DNA of 64,000 nucleotides from assembly GCA_051294375.1 (NCBI GenBank), contig CM119271.1:1234721-1298720 (forward strand). Reading direction: 5' to 3'. The number at the start of each line of letters is the position of its first letter. The stretch's first letter is position 1. Of this stretch, positions 59,901 to 64,000 are shown piece by piece. This stretch comes from Paraspadella gotoi. Its lineage: Eukaryota; Animalia; Chaetognatha. The position numbers and the translations under genes were made by a program. Below the pieces are notes generated by a model that saw only the letters and a list, made by a program, of their open reading frames with translations, was not told the origin of the DNA and made no database searches.

Positions 59901-62561
59901 AATTAAAGATTAAATTTTAATTTTCTACGCCTTTACAGAAGGCTTTATATTAGAAAATACTCTTTACGTTCCGACATCGAAGCTACGAGACTCGTTATTT
60001 TGATGAAATTTTGCATGACACTAAACTATTAGCGGGCAATAGAAATCGGGATAAGGAAGGGAATTTTTGAATTTGACCTATGACCCGGAATGGCCCCCAA
60101 AGAGTCAGCCCAGGTGGGCAAAAATGAACAAATTTTTTTTTAAATTTTGTTAAATTTTTTTATCCTGAACAGTTGGCAGAAAACGTTTATTTGTCCAGAA
60201 AAGTAAATCTATTATTGCTGAAAAACCAATTTTTGCCCCATTTTCAGGATTCATGAACAATAGAACATAGTGAGGTTCATGCCAGCTTTCGTTAGGAGAG
60301 CAAAAATTATTATCTAAAAATGGTGAGACTAACCAATGTTCAAAAAAAACCAATTTAAATTTTTGAAAAACTTTCGTTTCCAAAACGGTTTTTCTAAGAC
60401 ATTAATGCAAAATTATCCCACAAAAAAAATTTATATTTTAAAAAAAAGTTTTGGTCGTTTTTGTGCACCCCCTGGCCCTGCTATTATTGCTCAGGTCGCT
60501 AAAATATGAAAATCGCCTCGCTTCGTCCCATTTGTTCAGCCATTTGGATACATGTACACAAAATTTGGTTTCAGTGATTTGCGCAGAACCGATCTCGGTA
60601 GAGCATTTATCTAAGATGAAGCCTTCTGTATTTAATTATATTCATTAAAATTATTTCTAATAATAAGGAGTCTACCGTCCAAGTTAAGCGATAAGTCTTG
60701 TACGGAATCGAAAGGCGGCTCAAATCTTCCACAACGCGAGGAAAGGGACGATGACCCTATTGGACTCCAGTCAGTTGCGTTGAAGTCAACGCCGTAATTT
60801 GAATCTGATGATTGAAAACGAGATTGAGTTGTCATTTTTATCGAAGACTAAAAAACACATTAGACTAACCCAAGAGAGGAATTCATCATGGTAAGGACGT
60901 AATCCCGCTGCGTGGGTTCGTACTCTTGGGCAAACAAACGAAGGCCTCGATGGAGGCAATGACGACTGGATCGAGGCTTGGAGCAGATTGACCGGAGGGA
61001 AAGAAGAGCTTGAGCTAGGGGTAGAGGCAACGCTCACGTCTTTTTTCTGCGCCGAAAGACTTTTGCGCGACAAAGGTTCCGCCCGGCCTTAAGCACGTGT
61101 GTCGTTATGGTTGAGGCGGCCCAATGAGGAGTTGAGGCCCTTGTGCAGCAGGGAAAGATAACAGTTGTTGAAACGAACGCGCTTCGACAGCAAATAGGCT
61201 TTTTATCCCACTTTCAATAGAAATTGAAATATTCAGTTTATTATATTTATATATTATTATATATATTCATATTTATTCACTCTAATAATAATAAAAATAG
61301 CATTATCTTGTTAAGGTGACATTTTTTTTAATGACATATATTATTTTTCAAGCGAAGAGGAAAATGGGACTTTGAAATCTACCACTGATATATATTAAAT
61401 ATATTTATATTAATATCATCTTCTTACACTGACGCAAGCGAATAAATACCGGATTTCATATGCGGAGTGAAATTGAAACGAATTGTTATAACTCTTAAAT
61501 GACTGAGCGATTAATATTTGTTCATTTTATTAGCTATAGAAATTCCCTGACGTTTATTGTTTCCTATAAAGCAAAATTGAATAATACTTTCACATCATAA
61601 GGCAACTGCGTGGCGCTTGCCATTCCAGCAGCCTTTTTTTGCAACATTTTCAACTCTTATTTAATAATTAAATTTTAAAACTCATCGTGAAAAATTGATA
61701 TAAAAATTTTAATTTTTATTCTATATTATTAGTTAGTATGTCTCGGGAGTTAAGCAAAAAAAATTTCATTAATATATGTCAAGGTTTAGTTAGGCAACAG
61801 GTTCTTGCAAGATCATTGTTTTTTATCCAATTATTTTTTAAAGCTGAAATTTTATTTTTCTATAATTATTTAACTTAGAAAACCTAAAAAATGAAAATTG
61901 CTGGTCCATTGTGTTTGTCAAAAAGTTATTTGACATTTAGATTGCTCAGGAAACATACTTCCAAAGTCTATATTTGTCAAGATGAACGAAATTTTCAAAC
62001 ATTTTACTTTTTCATAGAAATATACTTATAACAGAAAGGAGTACTCTCTCTCTTCTTCCTCGATTTCTAAGAACGACGTAGACTCCTACCCTATTTACAA
62101 TCAGACCCTTTCTCTCCAGAATTAAACGTATACCTTTCGTTGCTTCCAGGTTTTGCAGCGCGGCCACGGAGAATGGGCCGAAGCTATGGCACCGACTTTG
62201 GGCAAGATCGGACGCGTGCAGCAAATCTATCACGACAACGACTTAAAGGTCGAAGTATGCGGCACCTCGTGGACCTACAATCCTGCCGCTGTCACCAAGG
62301 TTAGACGCGGGGCTGAAAGGATTGTAAGCGAAGCTCTCCCGAACTATGGACGTTTGTTATTCAATTTGGAAATAAACTTATTATCGTATTAAGATCCTAA
62401 TTCGACACGCTCATGTTATCATAATTTTTAGATGGGGTCGGACAATTCGTCCGGGTCCAACGGCGGCGCGACACATTCGAGCGGCGAACGATTGAGTCAA
62501 CTTTTGAAGAAACTCTTTGAGACGCACGTCTCGGGCGACGTCAATGAGGAGCTCGTCAAGG
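41927..62561 (+). CDS. MIB1: E3 ubiquitin ligase mind bomb 1, 5' exons (gene continues beyond window)
   Basis: Exons ~41927-42013 (start uncertain), 42180-42470, 42540-42758, 42854-43126, 43734-43864, 43931-44037, 44186-44332, 62150-62299, 62432-62561. MIB/HERC2 [22 protein letters not shown] finger CDTC..CAEC.NYDLC..CYH, MIB repeats LQ.GHG.W...M, and [24 protein letters not shown]. Confidence 0.93.
43274..43407. repeat. 29-bp direct repeat pair, probable retroelement tail in MIB1 intron
   Basis: ctaaggtcgggtaaggc(tg/ga)gctcgtcctg at 43274 and 43379, next to (TTTA)n. Confidence 0.55.
48062..48484. other. Assembly gaps (N runs 48062-48365 and 48460-48484)
   Basis: Literal N runs. Confidence 0.99.
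49921..50450 (+). repeat. Degenerate interstitial telomere-like satellite (TTAGGG-containing 17-18 bp units)
   Basis: (tggcaagttagggttaa) x4, then many ttagggtta(a/g)gggtaaa units. Confidence 0.9.
52156..62039 (-). repeat. ~9.8 kb inverted copy of 38367-48061, with frameshifted copies of FTSJ1 exons 4-6 and MIB1 exons 1-7
   Basis: Continuous reverse-complement match, e.g. ggaaccaagatagcgacgga at 48042 vs 52156 and cctttctgttataag at 38367 vs 62039. Differences are mostly 1-bp indels. Confidence 0.95.
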
Positions 62562-62984
62562 GTCTGTTTTGTTTGTTAAAACTCACTAACGCTCAGTTTT
62601 TTTGTCAAGCTAATACCATCTAGGAAAAAAGTATATCACATTTTTATTAGAGGATATTTATTCAAAAACTTATTTGATTTAAAAAAAATTAAAATGTTTT
62701 CCAATCTATGTTATATTTTTTTTAGTAGCTTCCTTTAATTTTTTTGTAGGTCAAATCGTTTAAATGTTACAGCAAAAAAAATTATTATTTCAAATGAAAA
62801 ATGACGAGCAGTACAGGCAGTACAGGCAGTAGTCGATGCCGAGGGAAGGTATACTAAATATTGAAAATGTTTTATTCATGTTTTATATATTTTTTATTGT
62901 TGCGATAAACCTTTCGTTTTCGTTGTTATTAGGTTTAGAGAAAAAAAAGTTTTTAATTGTGGTACAACGAATTTAATTGGAGAT

Positions 62985-63025
62985 ACGGACATGTTTCGGC
63001 TCACATTTCGAGCCTTCATCAGCGT
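62985..63025 (-). ncRNA. Penelope-type minimal hammerhead ribozyme motif with intact core
   Basis: Minus strand acg-CTGATGA-A-GGCTC-gaaatgt-GAGCC-GAAA-CATG-TC-cgt: perfect stem II, palindromic ACATGT stem III, 3-bp stem I, GUC cleavage triplet. Confidence 0.75.
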
Positions 63026-63063
63026 TTGCCATAAGGAAAATATTTGTGCAAAAAGAAGGGTGT

Positions 63064-63095
<32 letters not shown>

Positions 63096-63362
63096 ATAGA
63101 GGTAAAGGTTTTCCAACAAAGTGGTGAGACAGAATAGTGGTCAGATGAGAGAACAGGCTGAAGTTGAGGACAGATTGAGTGAGTTGTGAAAAGAAATGAA
63201 ATTTGTTAGAGAGAGAGAGAGAGAGAGAGGGGACAACAGGGATAAATAAATAAGTATTAAAGATACATTTTGTAATGTACAACAAAAGTAAAAAATTTTG
63301 AAAAACTAAATGTAAGTAAGAGTTTAACAATTATCTAATTTAAATAGTTAGCTAAAGGATAG

Positions 63363-64000
63363 TAACATGAATTATGAAATTTGAAATGTGAAAAGGATAG
63401 TTGATAGTTAGGAGGATAGAAAAGTGAAATATAAGGAGAAAGAAAGAGCTCAAAATGAGCTTATCAAAAGCGTGGTGAAGGCCCGCCTCCACCACGCCCG
63501 CAAATGATTCCCCTGTCTCCACTCAACGAGACAGGCGGAGACCCTTGCGCAGGCAATGGGCAAACGATGCCTCTCACTCAAATGAAGCAACTCAGTCCCT
63601 CTCTCTGGCGACTGGCGCCGCCCCAAAACGACGGCTTCAGGAGGAGGGAGAGGAGTGTACCACTCCTGTCACTAAAGCGGCAAGAACGGACAACCGCCCG
63701 CCTCGCCAGCAGGCGAGAAGAGGGCAGCCAGCAGGCACAACAGGCCAAAGAGATAAGAGTGGCTCTGGGAATCTTTCCGTCAGGTTCGATACCCAGTGCA
63801 ACATTCACTGGTTCAACCACACTCTCCTCTCAGCCTATGACGCGCTAATGACCTGGCACCATCGTCTCTGTCCTTCATTTGCATATAAAACAAGGGGGGC
63901 CAGCTCATTTTGAGCTCTTTCTTTCTCCTTATATTTCACTTTCCTATCCTCCTAACTATCAACTATCCTTTTCACATTTCAAATTTCATAATTCATGTTA
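63363..64000. mobile_element. Long inverted repeat (>=98 bp arms, right arm cut by window end) around a GC-rich core; possibly a Penelope-like element with inverted pLTR
   Basis: 63363-63460 is the reverse complement of 63903-64000 with about one difference. Lies just after the hammerhead at 62985. Confidence 0.7.

Noticed and set aside
55928-61140. Second MIB1 and FTSJ1 genes on the minus strand
   Set aside because: Frameshifted partial copies within the inverted duplication; not independent genes and probably not real pseudogenes.
1-64000. Naming the organism or locating an SL RNA gene
   Set aside because: No diagnostic marker or recognisable SL RNA in the window; animal origin is inferred only from gene content (MIB1, NKAIN, SNX19).

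Overview
Eukaryotic, almost certainly animal, genomic DNA with GC-rich exons and AT-rich introns and spacers. From 524 to ~44300 there are 17 protein-coding genes, all on the + strand and mostly separated by only ~150-700 bp: RNMT (3' part), RPL36, acylphosphatase, CCDC157, an intronless Pil1/eisosome-like BAR protein, NKAIN, NDUFAF5, SNX19, PSMB2, two tandem paralogues of an unknown family, WDR82, MOB4, SIRT7, ESCO, FTSJ1 and MIB1. Most spacers carry an apparently unpaired pyrimidine-rich AG|A acceptor, which suggests a long trans-spliced operon-like array (inference; no spliced leader is visible in DNA). Introns after ~22 kb are inflated by transposons: a Tc1 relic, an hAT MITE with 8-bp TSD, TA-MITEs, a foldback element, LINE tails, a Helentron-like repeat and three Penelope-type minimal hammerhead ribozyme motifs. 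A MIB1 intron contains N-gaps, a degenerate TTAGGG array and a ~9.8 kb indel-rich inverted copy of 38367-48061, most likely a gap-filling artefact. Gene names come from recalled family motifs, not database searches, and exon boundaries were read by eye.
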